From contig OZ218950.1 of the NCBI GenBank assembly GCA_965112735.1, positions 4,650,001-4,714,000 on the forward strand: a DNA stretch of 64,000 nt, written 5' to 3'. Source of the stretch: Phaeosaccion multiseriatum. Taxonomy: Eukaryota > Protista > Ochrophyta, other classes. This document shows, piece by piece, positions 26,792-38,482 of this stretch. The translations under genes and the position numbers were made by a program. How positions within the stretch are numbered: the first letter of the stretch is position 1; every line of letters starts with the position of its first letter. The notes beneath the pieces were generated by a model. It searched no databases, was not told where the DNA came from, and was given only the letters and a program-made list of their open reading frames with translations.

Positions 26792-29045
26792 AACAATAAC
26801 AGCAACAGCAGCAGCACCACCACCACCACCACCACACCTACACACGCACCCACACCCACCCACCTGCGAGGCTGACTCCGCTATGATGCCCTCGAGGTGA
26901 CTAACCCATCGCAGGAAGAAGGGTAGGGTGGACATGAGCAGGATGAGCAGCAGCGGCTGAATCACTGTGATAGCCGTGCTGAGGACCGGGCTGTGTACGA
27001 ACAGATAGGCAATCACCTGTTGGTGTTCGTGTTGGTGATACACAAGCACACGCCCCACAAACAACGAAAGCACGAGAACAAAAGCAGGCCAGGCAGGAAG
27101 AAGAGAGGGGGCGAAGGGAAGGGCGCGATAAAGCGAGAGCCAAAGGGATCATTGCGACACCAGGGATGGAAGGGGGCGTGATTAAGTAGGTGGTGTGAGG
27201 GGAGGAGAAGGAGGGGGCCACTTCCATCTACATGGATATGGAAGTGGTGCTGAAGTTGAGCAATTACGAAGAGAAAGTCGCGCGGTGTCGACGTCGCCTT
27301 CATCCTCCTCCTCCTCCCCCTCCTCCTCCTCCTCCTCCTCCTCCTTCTCCTCCTCCTCCCTCCTGTTCCTCCTCCTTCTCACCGCGCTCCTCCTTACGAG
27401 CTCATCCACTGACAGCAGCACGGAGAGGATGGTCACCAGCACTGGGAATGACAACATGAGCACCAGCAGGAAGAGCTCCACAAAGACGAAGCGCAACGTG
27501 TGCTGCCGCCTGCGCACATGCGAGTTTGAGTTTGAGTTTGAAGGCAAAAGAGATGTGTGATGACAGAAGAGCGAGAGCAGAGAGAGGGACGTAGAGAGGG
27601 AGGGGGGGGGAGGCACACAGCGGTCGCCCGAGGAGGTCATCCGCAGACAGAGCTGTCAGACCGTCGACCTTACATACGCAGGCACTCTCTCACTCACTCG
27701 CTCACTCGCTCACTCACCCACCCACGCACTCCCGCCCTCACCCACGTATGTACTCACTTCACTCACTCACTTACTCACGCACGCACGCACTCGAACACTT
27801 CCGCACTCACGCCCTCACCCACCTGGAGACGATGATGTTTGGCCAGTAAATGTCGCTGGGCTCTGGGGCACGCACTGTAGCCATTCGACCCGCGCGGGCA
27901 CTGTGAGTAACCTGCACCGCGACCGATGCCTCTCTCAGTGTCTTGAAGGTCACGAAAGCCCTGCTGGAAAATGCTCCTCTCGAGGCTTTCCGACTCCCCG
28001 CCTCTCTACCCGCCATGAGGCCCCCACCGTCTCCCACTACAATCCCAGCAACGTCATACCCCACGCTCACTCCTCCCCTCCCCGACGCGGATGCTACCTC
28101 TCTCGCATCTCTCGTCTCTGTCGCTGCTCTGCCTTGAACGTGTTTGTCTTTGTTGTCCTTCGCCAACAAGGCCGTTCTCTCCCCGCCACTGCTCGGAAAT
28201 TGCTCTGCTGCAGAAATGCCACGACTCGGAAACAGCTCTGCTCCTGTAGGGCCCGTTGTAGCACGGTCTCCGCTTCCTCCTCCACGACGGCTCGAGGTGG
28301 TGCCCCTGTTTCCTCCTCCCCACCCCGAGCTACTGTTGCTCCGACTGCGCCACCCTCCCTGCCCCGACCTCTTGGACCTTCTCTTCCCCAGAGGCAAGCG
28401 CCGCAGAACAGAATGCCACGCGTCCTCCAAAGGTGAGGGGGTGCTCGCTTCGAAAGAGCCCGATCGATTGATGAGCCCATGTCGACTACTCCCCATAAAA
28501 TTTCCCCTGTTCGCACCGCCCCCGCTGCTGCGGCTTCTTCTCCGTCGGTGAGGGATGTTCTCCCAAGACGGTGACCCCCCCCCCTGGCCACCTCCTCCCC
28601 CTCCTCCCCTCCCGCCTCTTCCTCCTCTTGTAAGCCCCTCCTCCTCATCTCCCTCTCCCCCGCCGTCTTCTTTAGTCTCCTCCTCATAGACGAAGGAAGA
28701 AGTGTATTCATCGTCGTCCTGCCCCGAGTTTGGATCACACACACACATATACACACACACACAATGAGAAGGATACGTAAGACAGGGAGGGAGCAGGGAT
28801 GACCGACAGACCGACAGACCGAACGATAGACCCACAGCTACACTGCGTCCCTGCGTCCTATGAACAACTGAGTGTGCGTGTGTGTGGGTATGCGTGAGTG
28901 TGTGTGTGCGTGTGTGTGTATGTATGTGAACGCACCGAAGAGTCTGAGTCGGATGATGTGGAATCCGAAAACTCCGAGAATGCCACTGAGCTCTCAATGG
29001 GCCCCTGAGATGTACAAGACCACCACCACCACCACCACCACCAAT

Positions 29046-29092
<47 letters not shown>

Positions 29093-30421
29093 CGCGTTAA
29101 AGGGAGAAATTGAGAAACGATGAGGGTGACAGAGAGGGAGAGGGCGTGAGAAGGAAACAGATAGAAGAATAGAGAGGCACAGCCTCCACCCATTCCTCCT
29201 CCTCCTCCATCTACCCCTGCTCCTCCTCCTCCTCCTCCTCCTCCTCCTCCTCCTCCTCCTTCCTCGGTCTCTTCCTCGCCCCTACTCACCGCGGCTCCTC
29301 TGTGATTGTACTCCGCCATGTCGACTGACCTCACCCTCCTCGGCACGGACGTCGATCGGCCCGGGCTTCTCCTGCGCCTTCGTCGCCCGATTCTCTCGGT
29401 GGCTGGTATCGGCGTACTACCAACTCGTGTATCACCAACAGGTGGCACGGCTGTATTACCAACTTGTGTTGCTGGTGCTTGAGCTCCCATAGCCCACGCA
29501 CCGCCATCATCACCGTCACCGCCCGCACCACCACCTCCATTACCCATGCTGCTACTCCTGCGGTCCGTTTCACTGCCGCTCTTGACCTCACCCCCCACGC
29601 TGCTGCCATTTGTATGCATCCCCCCGTCCCGCTGCCCTTCCGTGTACAGCTGATGTCCGTTCTCTGGAGCCTCTTTGCTTGCTTGACGCTGCTGCTGCTG
29701 CTGCTGTGGCGGCGGCGACGGCTGTGTCGGTGAGGCTGTGGGCGTGCGCGTCCTGACGAGGAGCGGAGAGCAGATAGCATCAATACATCTCCGGTGTAAG
29801 TCAAGAGTGGAGCGGCCGAGAGAGAGAGAGTAAGCCAAGCCAAAGCCAAGCCATACCGCGCCTAGCGAGTATCGAGGAGGGAGTGCTAGCCTTCTCTTGC
29901 AGGGCTTGATCTCTCTCCTGTCTCTCCAGTCTCATGCCGCAAGTCGCTGCCCCTTCCCTCTTCCCCCAAGTACACCTGCGTCACAAGGCTGACGCCCTAC
30001 AGCAGACCGACATCCAAAAGCAGACACACCACACCACACCCACGCTCAAGCCACCACCTGCCCTCACCTCTTGCTGTTGGCGCGCTGCTCCCTCCTCACC
30101 GCCCTGTTGAGCTCCCTCAGCCTCGTGGCAAGCATCTGTATGGAGTTCACTTTCCTGCCCACGCCCATCCATCCCACCACACCCTCATGGTGGTGAGGGT
30201 CCACTCCAATCACTCCCTGGACTCGGGCAGCGGGGGGAGCAAGAGCGAAGGGAGGAATGAAGGAATGAAGGGAGGGGTGAAGGGGGGGATGAATGCATCA
30301 AGAAATCAATGAATTAGAACCAGCGAACCAGCGAGGGAAGAGGAACAACAATCCCGGAAGGGGCAAAAGACGGGGGAGAGAGGGGAGAGGATACCTGGAG
30401 AGCACTGAACCAGGCTCTGAA

Positions 30422-30465
<44 letters not shown>

Positions 30466-31283
30466 CATGCGCACACACATACACCCCTCCCTCCCTCCCT
30501 CCCTTACCTTGGCAGCGAGGCTCTCCTCCAGCCTCGCGCACACTTGACTCCTTTCCTTGAGGAGCTTTTGCAGCGTGCCCAGGTCCCTCGGTAGCTGCAC
30601 CGTCGAGATACCCCCCGGGTACAGCGTGTCAAAGTAGCGGTAGAGTTTGGAGTAACTGCGTAGCTCCGTGGGCACGCCCTCTACCAGCACAGTACGCAAA
30701 TGGGCGGCTTTCCTGTGAAGTGGGAGTGGGAAGGAATGCAGGAAAGAGTGGGAGGGAAGCACAGCGACGGGAGTGTGTTGATTGGTGTCAGGGAAGGGGA
30801 GTGAAGGGGACATGTTGATTGGTGGTGGGAGTGAAGGAAGTGTGTGAATTGGTGTCAGGGCGGTGAGGGGTGGTGTTGAGGCGACCATGGCGCGCTAAAG
30901 GGAAAGGGAGGGGAGATGTGGGGTGGGGTAGGATGGGGTGTAGGAGAGGGGGGGGGGGAGTGCTGCGTGTGCATATACGTGCGTGCGCATGTGCGTTTGC
31001 GTACCTGCACAAGTACTCGTGGCGGAGGGCGGTGAAGAAGCGGTACTCCACGAGAAGATAGTACATGGTAATGAAGCTCAGCAGGTACAGCCCAAGTGCG
31101 TGCACCCACATCCGCTCGTCGTAGTGCTGGATGTTCGACATGGTCATGCGGTTGAAGCTGTTCATACCCGCAGGAGGATTAGGGGTGTGAGGCATCCCTC
31201 TCCTCTTCCACTTTTGAGCCTTGCCCTTGTCCTTGCCCTTGCCCTTGCTCTTGCTTTCCCCGTTGCTGTCAGGACTATTGCTG

Positions 31284-31327
<44 letters not shown>

Positions 31328-33398
31328 CGTATTCGTGTTGCTGCTGCTGCTGCTGCTGATACTGCCGCTGCTCGCCTCAGCGAACTCTGCATCAGCCAGG
31401 GCATTGGGAATCCCCCCATCACCATCATGACCAGCTTGACCACCCCAGCCAGTGGGGAACAACAGGGACCTTCCGCTGCCGTCCAGGTCCAAGGGGCCGG
31501 CGCCAGACCCGTCTCCGTCCCCGGCTTTGGAAGCGGCAGTGGCAGCCGCACTGCTGCCAACACCAACAGCACCTCCTACCGCCGCCCCCTTGCTTACGGT
31601 TTCAGCAACAGCGTCAACAGCACCTGTAACAGGGTCTCTTCCTTTGAGGAAGTTATGCCCTTTCATGTTGGTGGGGAGAATGGCAAAGAGGGCGTAGAAG
31701 GAAAAGATGGCAAAGATCTGCCGTCGTTGCGTGACGGATGATCACGTGATGGACCAGGCAGACAATGTGTTGTGTGTGTGAGTTGGGTGGCGGGGCGGGG
31801 GGGTGGACAGGAGGGACAGGAGGGACAGGAGGACAGGAGGGAGAGGAGGGACAGGAGGGACGTACGGGTCATGAATAAAAAAGGGGAATTGAAGAGGGAG
31901 GAAACAGAGGAGGGTGAATGAAGGCGGTTGTTGCTTCCAAGGAGCACCTGGCCGAGACATGGAGGGACAGGACACTACACCACGCACCGCATACTCCTAC
32001 TCTACCCTACCCTGCCCTGCCCTGCCTTGCCCATATACCTCTACCCTGCCATGCCCTGTCGTGCCCATTCACCTCTACCCTGCCCTCCCTGGGCCCATTA
32101 ACCTCTACCCTGCCCTACCTTGAAGGCCATCTTGTGGAGGCGCAGCAACACCACCGCGTCGAAGCCTGTCTCGTGAATACACCGTACGGACGTGAGGGAT
32201 ATCAACGTCAGACACGTGAGTGAGGGACAGTTACAGTTACAGTTACAGGTAGAGGGTAGGGCAGGGACACAACTTCCATAGGTACCTGCATAGGAAAGAA
32301 TGTCTGCCTCCGAAATGTTGAACATCAGGTGCCATATCCAAGAGAAGTAGCCGCTAGGCATGTCCGGAGGGGTGCTGCCTGGCATCTGTGCACAGATGAA
32401 TGTGAGGTAGGCAGGTCGAGTCAGTAAGAAGGTGTATGTACAGAGAGATGGAGAGAGAGAGAGAGAGAGATGCACCATGACGCGATAAGTTGCGTTGGCC
32501 TCACCTGCTTCCGTTTGTGACTGAAGAAACCCGGGTAGTTCTGCCGCATGGCCCAGAAGAAAAGCAAACACTTGATGGGAAAACAAAGCAAGGCACAGGG
32601 GAGGACGAAAGTGAGGGAAAGGGAGCCGCAGGCGAGTCCGGCATTGGGGTTTCAAGGGACCCACGCATTCTGCCAACCCCCCCTCTAGGCGTTACGATGT
32701 AGTCCTCGGTCTCTAGTGAGACACCACGTCTGCACGCCCGTGAATACCAAGGGCACGATTCTAAAGACACTATTCCTTTCTTTGCCCTCTGCTCCACTCG
32801 CTCGAGAACCCAAGTCCGTGAAAGACATAGCTGCACCCGCCCGGTCTGCTCCAGGTATACTACAGGAAACCAAGGGCCCGCTGGCGATCCGGGCACATCA
32901 CATAGCGACTCTAGAAAATGCTGTGTTACACATCCAAGGTTTCGTAAGTCTCCTCATGCCTTTTCCCGACACGACCCGGGTCTCTCTCACCAGCAACAGC
33001 ACGACAATGTTTGCGACGAAGGTTACAAATATTGTATCAACGTCAACTCCTTGGTGCTGCATGAACGCTTCTGCTGTGCTAGCATTTTTGTACTCATCCT
33101 CGAACTCCCTGTGCGAAAGTGAGGAAGAGGCAGGTGGAACGAAGTGGGGCGGCGGTTGAGACGGGAAGAACAGAGGGCGCGAAGGTGGAGCAAAAGGGGG
33201 GGCAAGAATTCTGACCAATGGGTAGGAGTAGAGAGGTGCGATCGGATGTATCAGAGCTTCGTGCCTGCTGACTAACACTCACTTCGGCACAAGATCGTTC
33301 CACAAGAGAAAACGTCCAGATTTTTCAGCGCTGCTGGTGGATCCGTCCACTACAGCTCCTTCTCCCACCTCCCACACCTCCCACCATTCTTCCTCCAT
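24191..33398 (-). CDS. OSCA/TMEM63/CSC1 mechanosensitive cation channel, many exons
   Basis: GFDAVVLLR, FNRMTMSNI, RTVLVEGVP, AFVTFKT...A.Q, APEPSDIYWPN, AGFFCNF, YACIAPVI and YRHNLLYCY...ESGG. Confidence 0.92.
31997..32118 (-). repeat. G-rich dispersed intronic repeat, copy 2, starting at a 5' splice site
   Basis: The intron after ...KMAFK begins GTAGGGCAGGGTAGAGG and matches copy 1. Confidence 0.8.
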
Positions 33399-33544
33399 CT
33401 CCTGCAACTCAATTTCCCTTTTATATGTTTGTGGGCCGTAGGACCCCCTAATCCATGAAGTCAATGAACCCTGAAAGCGGCCCCGAACGTCCTCAACCGC
33501 CCTCTTTCAATTCCTCTTCTCGGATTCCTTCTCGTCTCTCCCTC

Positions 33545-34544
33545 ATGGCGGCTTATGCCCGGAACAAGAAGTGGGAAAAGGAGGAAGATGATGATATCGT
33601 CCCACCGCCGTGCTTGCTGGGGCAATTGGTGAGTGAGGAAGGTTTGCTCCCCCCGTCTCCTCTATCCGTCTTTCCCTTCCCTCCTGGCTCCTTCTCCTTC
33701 TATTCCTCTTGAACTCTTTGTATATTCTCTCCCCCTTCTTGCGTCACTCGCCTCCCGTTTTGCCTCAGTTGATCGGAATGGTGATGGGTTCAGTCTTCGG
33801 AGTCGTGACGGCGGCACTCTTGCACACGAAAAACCAAGCCTACCTCTGGCATCACGCTCTCCCTGGCGTGGTAAGTTCCAAGTGGTACGAATGGATTGAC
33901 TGACGAAAGAGGGAGGAAGACTGACATATGCACCACGAGAAGAGGTTTCCATGCAGTACCCTCGCGATCCCCCCACCTCCCAACTCTAAGAAACTGGCTA
34001 CTCTCTTTTCTCGCGCTCTCTCTCCACACACAACCACACACACACACACATACACACGCACCACCACCACCTATGCACAGGTATTTGGCTCATCTGTGGG
34101 CGTTGTGGCGATTCATTTTTCCGCAGAGGACACGGAAATCATTGACAAGGGAGCGCTTTCCTTCCTGTGCTCCGTCATGGCCCTGGAGGGGCTGGTGGGG
34201 GTTCTTACGGGAGTGGGTGTGCAGGATTGGCTCGGACTGCAGCTGGAGGCTGGTCCTTTGGTGCTTCTTTTGTCTCTCAACGCGAGTATGGCCACCACCC
34301 TGCTCTTTCGCATTCGTTCGCACCGGCGCTTGATGAGAACGACGGGGATGGCGCCGCAAGCATTGCGCAGGAAGGCTTCACTAGTCTCTGGGGATCGCTC
34401 TCTGCCGGTGTGAGCGAGTAGTGTGTGAGGCTCCTCGTTGGCCTCGGCCCTGCCCACCTCACGAGAGACACAACTGCCGCATCTCTCGCTGCAAAGCTAC
34501 CCTGCTGTTCGTGTCGGTCGAGAGTTAACTAGCCCGAGAGCTGA
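33545..34544 (+). CDS. Hypothetical small multi-pass membrane protein (3-4 exons; stop at 34413 or 34544)
   Basis: In-phase GT-AG exons encoding several hydrophobic segments. Divergent from the OSCA gene. Confidence 0.5.
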
Positions 34545-35847
34545 GGCAGCGGGTGGCTGAGTTTCGTTTCTTACGCCCTGACTGCAATTGCAGCCCATGA
34601 GCCCATCCAGGGGGGTTGACCCTGGGCGCTCGCTTTTTCAACTGCATCAGGCGTGTGGCAACAGCTACTGTTTCTGGGACCTGCCAACATGGGCTGGGGT
34701 ATGCTGCTGTTCGCGGGTCGATTCTAGCCATGGCTTTCGACGGTCGAGTGTCGCCACCCGACTTGCCGCTCCACAGTTCCCTCTAGAACAGGCATTGGCT
34801 GTCCTACTACTCACTTGGGGATTCGAAGCGGCCACCCCCTGCCCTGTCTGGATGGCCGAGACAGTGGCTACAGAGAGAAGCAACGCCCTCGACTCTCGAG
34901 AGAATGAGGTGGAGAGAGAGAGAGAGCGCGCGGTCCCGGAGGCGAAGGGTGCAGTGGCGGCGGCCGCAGATTAGCTGACGGAGGAAGGAGAGGAGGGAGA
35001 CTTTTGTGCAAACAGAAAGAGCGGAAAGCAGAGCCGAAGGACGCGAGCAAGAGAGACAATGTGTACCCCTGAAGAAGAGACAGAGCATGTTGTCTTCGAG
35101 GAGTGCCAATAGGCCGATGATTAATTCCTGATGCTCGGCACCAGACTTGCGTTTTTCAATTGGTGCTGCAGTCGGCCAAGTGGTGGTGGCGAGATTCACG
35201 CCTACCGAGAGCGCCACCTCCCGCAAGAGAGGGTGAAGGTGCAGCTGCGCAAGGCAGTGAATGCGCTGATCGTGGATGCGCTGTCTGTTGGAGGGACACA
35301 CCGACGGCAGGCGCTACATGGTATCACGAATCTCGTCTTGCCCGCGAGAGTACGCGGCATCAGTTCTTTTCTTCAATCACGAGCAGGCCTTTGCATCCGT
35401 TCTTCTCTTCTTCGGGGCTGTGCCACCAACTCAACTCCTCCCCCCCTGGTTTCAGAGGTAGCGAGGTCAAGCAAATTTTAAATTTCATTGGTTTTCAGTG
35501 TGCTTTGGCCCTTATGGGCCGCAAAGGCTCAGGAAGTAGTTCCACAACGAGAATGTTTTTCTTTGCCCACCCTATCTTATCTTAACCTTAACCTGCTCGA
35601 GAAACGCGCTATCCCCCTACTTTCCCTACTCCTCGCTACCCTGCGTCTCCCCTCACCGCTCTCATCCTCCTGTCTTCGACTGCCTTAGGCTGCGCCAGAC
35701 AGAGGAGCGGCCTCTTATGCTCTGTTTTCCCCTCTCTTCTCTCTCCCCTTGTCGTCTTCGTGCGTGCATGCTCCTCTCCAGCAGCATATTTCTTGTGGGT
35801 GGTACTTTCTCTCTCCCAAGCCCCCCTGAGTGACCTTAGAGAGCCTC

Positions 35848-36062
35848 AGCAGTCGAGGGTACCGAAGACGACCCTCAAGTCTGCAATCGGATCCGCCCCT
35901 TTCGCTTCCGGCCAGAGGCACTTCATATCCTTTCACAGAGAGCAGTCCTCCCACTTCATCATCGGCTGCGCCAAGGTCGCCACCAGCTCCTTGTCTGTCA
36001 TTGAGCGGAGCAGCTCCTCCGCGGGCACCATGACCACGGGCCTCTCCTCGGGCCAGCGATAC
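35848..36062 (-). pseudogene. Decayed partial duplicate of the 3' end of the 305-aa ORF
   Basis: WPEERPVVMVPAEELLRSMTDKELVATLAQPMMKWEDCSL* aligns with parent WPEEGPVVMVPAEELFRTVTDKELVAALAETLMKRQDCSL. Contains an internal stop. Confidence 0.85.
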
Positions 36063-36204
36063 CATCTTGTCGCATGAGATAGTGACCCCCCTCCCCCCCC
36101 CTTGCTCTCGTTCTCCTCTCTCACCCCTCACCCCTTCCCCCTCAGTGAATATACACAATCTGCCCTCGATAAATTCAAATTTGGGGGACAGGACCAGCAG
36201 AGTC

Positions 36205-37122
36205 TCAACAGAAGGGGTGCCCGTAAATCACTCTCAAGTCCGCGATATCAGCGTCTTCTGCTTCGGCCAACACGATGCCCATTTCGCTGGTGGGGCACAG
36301 GGAGCAGTCTTGCCTCTTCATCAGCGTCTCTGCCAAAGCCGCCACCAGCTCCTTGTCTGTCACTGTGCGGAACAGCTCCTCGGCGGGCACCATGACCACA
36401 GGCCCCTCTTCGGGCCAGCCATACTCCTTCTTGGCGGCGGCAGCGACCTCGGCACACAGGGCGGGAGTCAAGGTGGGGGGGGCAACACTCTCTTTCCAGG
36501 CACACACCTCGTCCACACGTGCCCTCAGCTTGCGAAGCGTCTCGATCGTTTCCTCCGGCAGCGTCTTCGTGGTGGGCTGGAACGGGGAGTAGCAGAAGTC
36601 GTCGTCTGCCGATTCGCCATCACTCTTCGCATACATCTCCAGGCTCCCAAAAAGGGCTCGAGCTCTCTCCACGGTATAGCGCACGGACAGAGCTTGAGCA
36701 CAAGCAATTGGCTCGCGCGGTACCGTGAACACGTCATCAGTCTTCCAGTACAGCAGGAGATTCTTCGGGGGGGGGTATCGGCTAAAGGTAGAAAGAGCCC
36801 CAAAGCAGAGACCGATTCGCCGGCTGTCCACTCCAGCAATTGGTGCTCGTCCTCTGAAGCTGTGATTGAAGGGCATGACCACTCCATCACCGACACCCTT
36901 TATGCGCACTGTGAGCTCCTTGGCGGAAGCAGCGGCAGGTGATGTGGTGGGGGTCTCCGCCAGGAGTTTTGCTCCGCGGTAGAGGACGCGACGTGTGTCC
37001 ATGCTCCCCGCAGGGCCCAACCCAACCAAAGCCGCTTCATTCTCCTGCTGCTCGAAAGCAGCCCTCACTTTTTTAACGTAATCGTCAGGAAGCACCGTCT
37101 CAGACCACTCTCTTGTCGCCAT
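36205..37122 (-). CDS. Intronless orphan protein, 305 aa
   Basis: ATG-initiated ORF with globular-protein composition and no recognised motif. Confidence 0.65.
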   Translation of the reverse strand: MATREWSETVLPDDYVKKVRAAFEQQENEAALVGLGPAGSMDTRRVLYRGAKLLAETPTTSPAAASAKELTVRIKGVGDGVVMPFNHSFRGRAPIAGVDSRRIGLCFGALSTFSRYPPPKNLLLYWKTDDVFTVPREPIACAQALSVRYTVERARALFGSLEMYAKSDGESADDDFCYSPFQPTTKTLPEETIETLRKLRARVDEVCAWKESVAPPTLTPALCAEVAAAAKKEYGWPEEGPVVMVPAEELFRTVTDKELVAALAETLMKRQDCSLCPTSEMGIVLAEAEDADIADLRVIYGHPFC

Positions 37123-37287
37123 TCTTCAACAGGGGGGAAGAAACAACTGTGAAGAGAGAAAAAAAGTGTCGAAAAATAAAAGAGCCCCAAGAGGCAAAAC
37201 AAATTGCCCTCCAATTATTTTTTTTATTTTTACATTTTGTTGTAACTGCCCCCGACCCCCTTCATCCCTTCGACCCCCCCCTCCCCT

Positions 37288-37587
37288 TCGACCCCTGACG
37301 CACTACAGTTGTATTGCGCGCCCACATTCTCGATAGCGCGCTATTGGGCCCCGGGGGGGCCGATAGCGGATAGCGGATCGGCTGGCGCCGGCGATAGCGG
37401 ATAGCGCACCGGCTAGCTGGCGCCGGCGATAGCGGATAGCGGATTCGAAGCGGATAGTGCGTCAGGGGTCGATCCTGATGCACTATTGCCCACATTCTCG
37501 ATAGCGCGCTATCCGATAGCGCACTATCCGATAGCGGATAGCGGATCGGCTGGCGCCGGCGATAGCGGATAGTGCGTCAGGGGTTGA
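37288..37587. mobile_element. MITE-like palindromic element, two tandem units with internal GATAGCG repeats
   Basis: TCGACCCCTGACGCACTA (37288-37305) is inverted at 37455-37472 (perfect) and 37570-37587 (one mismatch). No clear TSD. Confidence 0.65.
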
Positions 37588-38482
37588 CCAAAGCCAGCCC
37601 CGCCTCTTCCTCCTCTCCTCCCCCACACACCTCTACGACTAACAATTGCTTGCTGACAGCTAACACTTACTCATCAGATGCGAAGCACTCACTTCTTCTT
37701 CCTCTTCCTGGGTTTATTGTTTATTCTTATTCACCTTCCTCTTATAGGTACAATTGATCGGATACGGGCGGATGGATATGGGACAGTAGATAGCCCTGCT
37801 GCTTGCCTTTATCTCTGCTTTTCTTGTGCTCGTTGAACCTTGGCATCCACGCTCCTACTCCTCCACCTCCTCTACAACTCCTCCTCTCCTACTAGGCTAC
37901 TACTAGGCCGCCGATACCCCGCTATTTTAATTACACAACTCTTCTACTCCCTCCACGGTACCAGCCAGACTTGGCTTCAAGGGTTAGGGTTTTGACTGTT
38001 CGACGGACGGTGTTGGCTTTTAGCCACACTTCTACTATGGAGAAAGGAGAGGAAGGAGAGGAGAAAGAAAGATTTTTACTTTTAGACCCATTGCTTATGA
38101 CTGGGCTCTTTCTTCCTCCTCTTCTCTCTTTTCTACCCTCCTCTACACTTAAAGCCTGCCCCTTTCCCCTCCCCTGTCTCCCGTTCGCCGTTGCATCAGC
38201 GAAGATCACGTCGTGTGAGCGAAGCTGCAGGATCCCCTTCTCGGGTTTTCACGAAACTTCGCGGAGCTTTCGGCGCAGGTGGATATCAGACATCAAGAGC
38301 AGCTTAAGTTCAGAGGAACACCTTTTGAGAGCAGAGGCTGTTACAGAATAGGACGAATCTCTGGTCACAGGGGATACACGCTCAGTAGCAGCGGATCTTC
38401 CTGTGATTTGTGACTGGGTAATTCAAATCTTCCTCTCGGAACTGCGACACCTCCTTGTGAGAGGGGAGGGGGGGAAAGAAGG

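Noticed and set aside
37981-37991. GGGTTAGGGTT telomere-like motif
   Set aside because: Fewer than two units; expected by chance.
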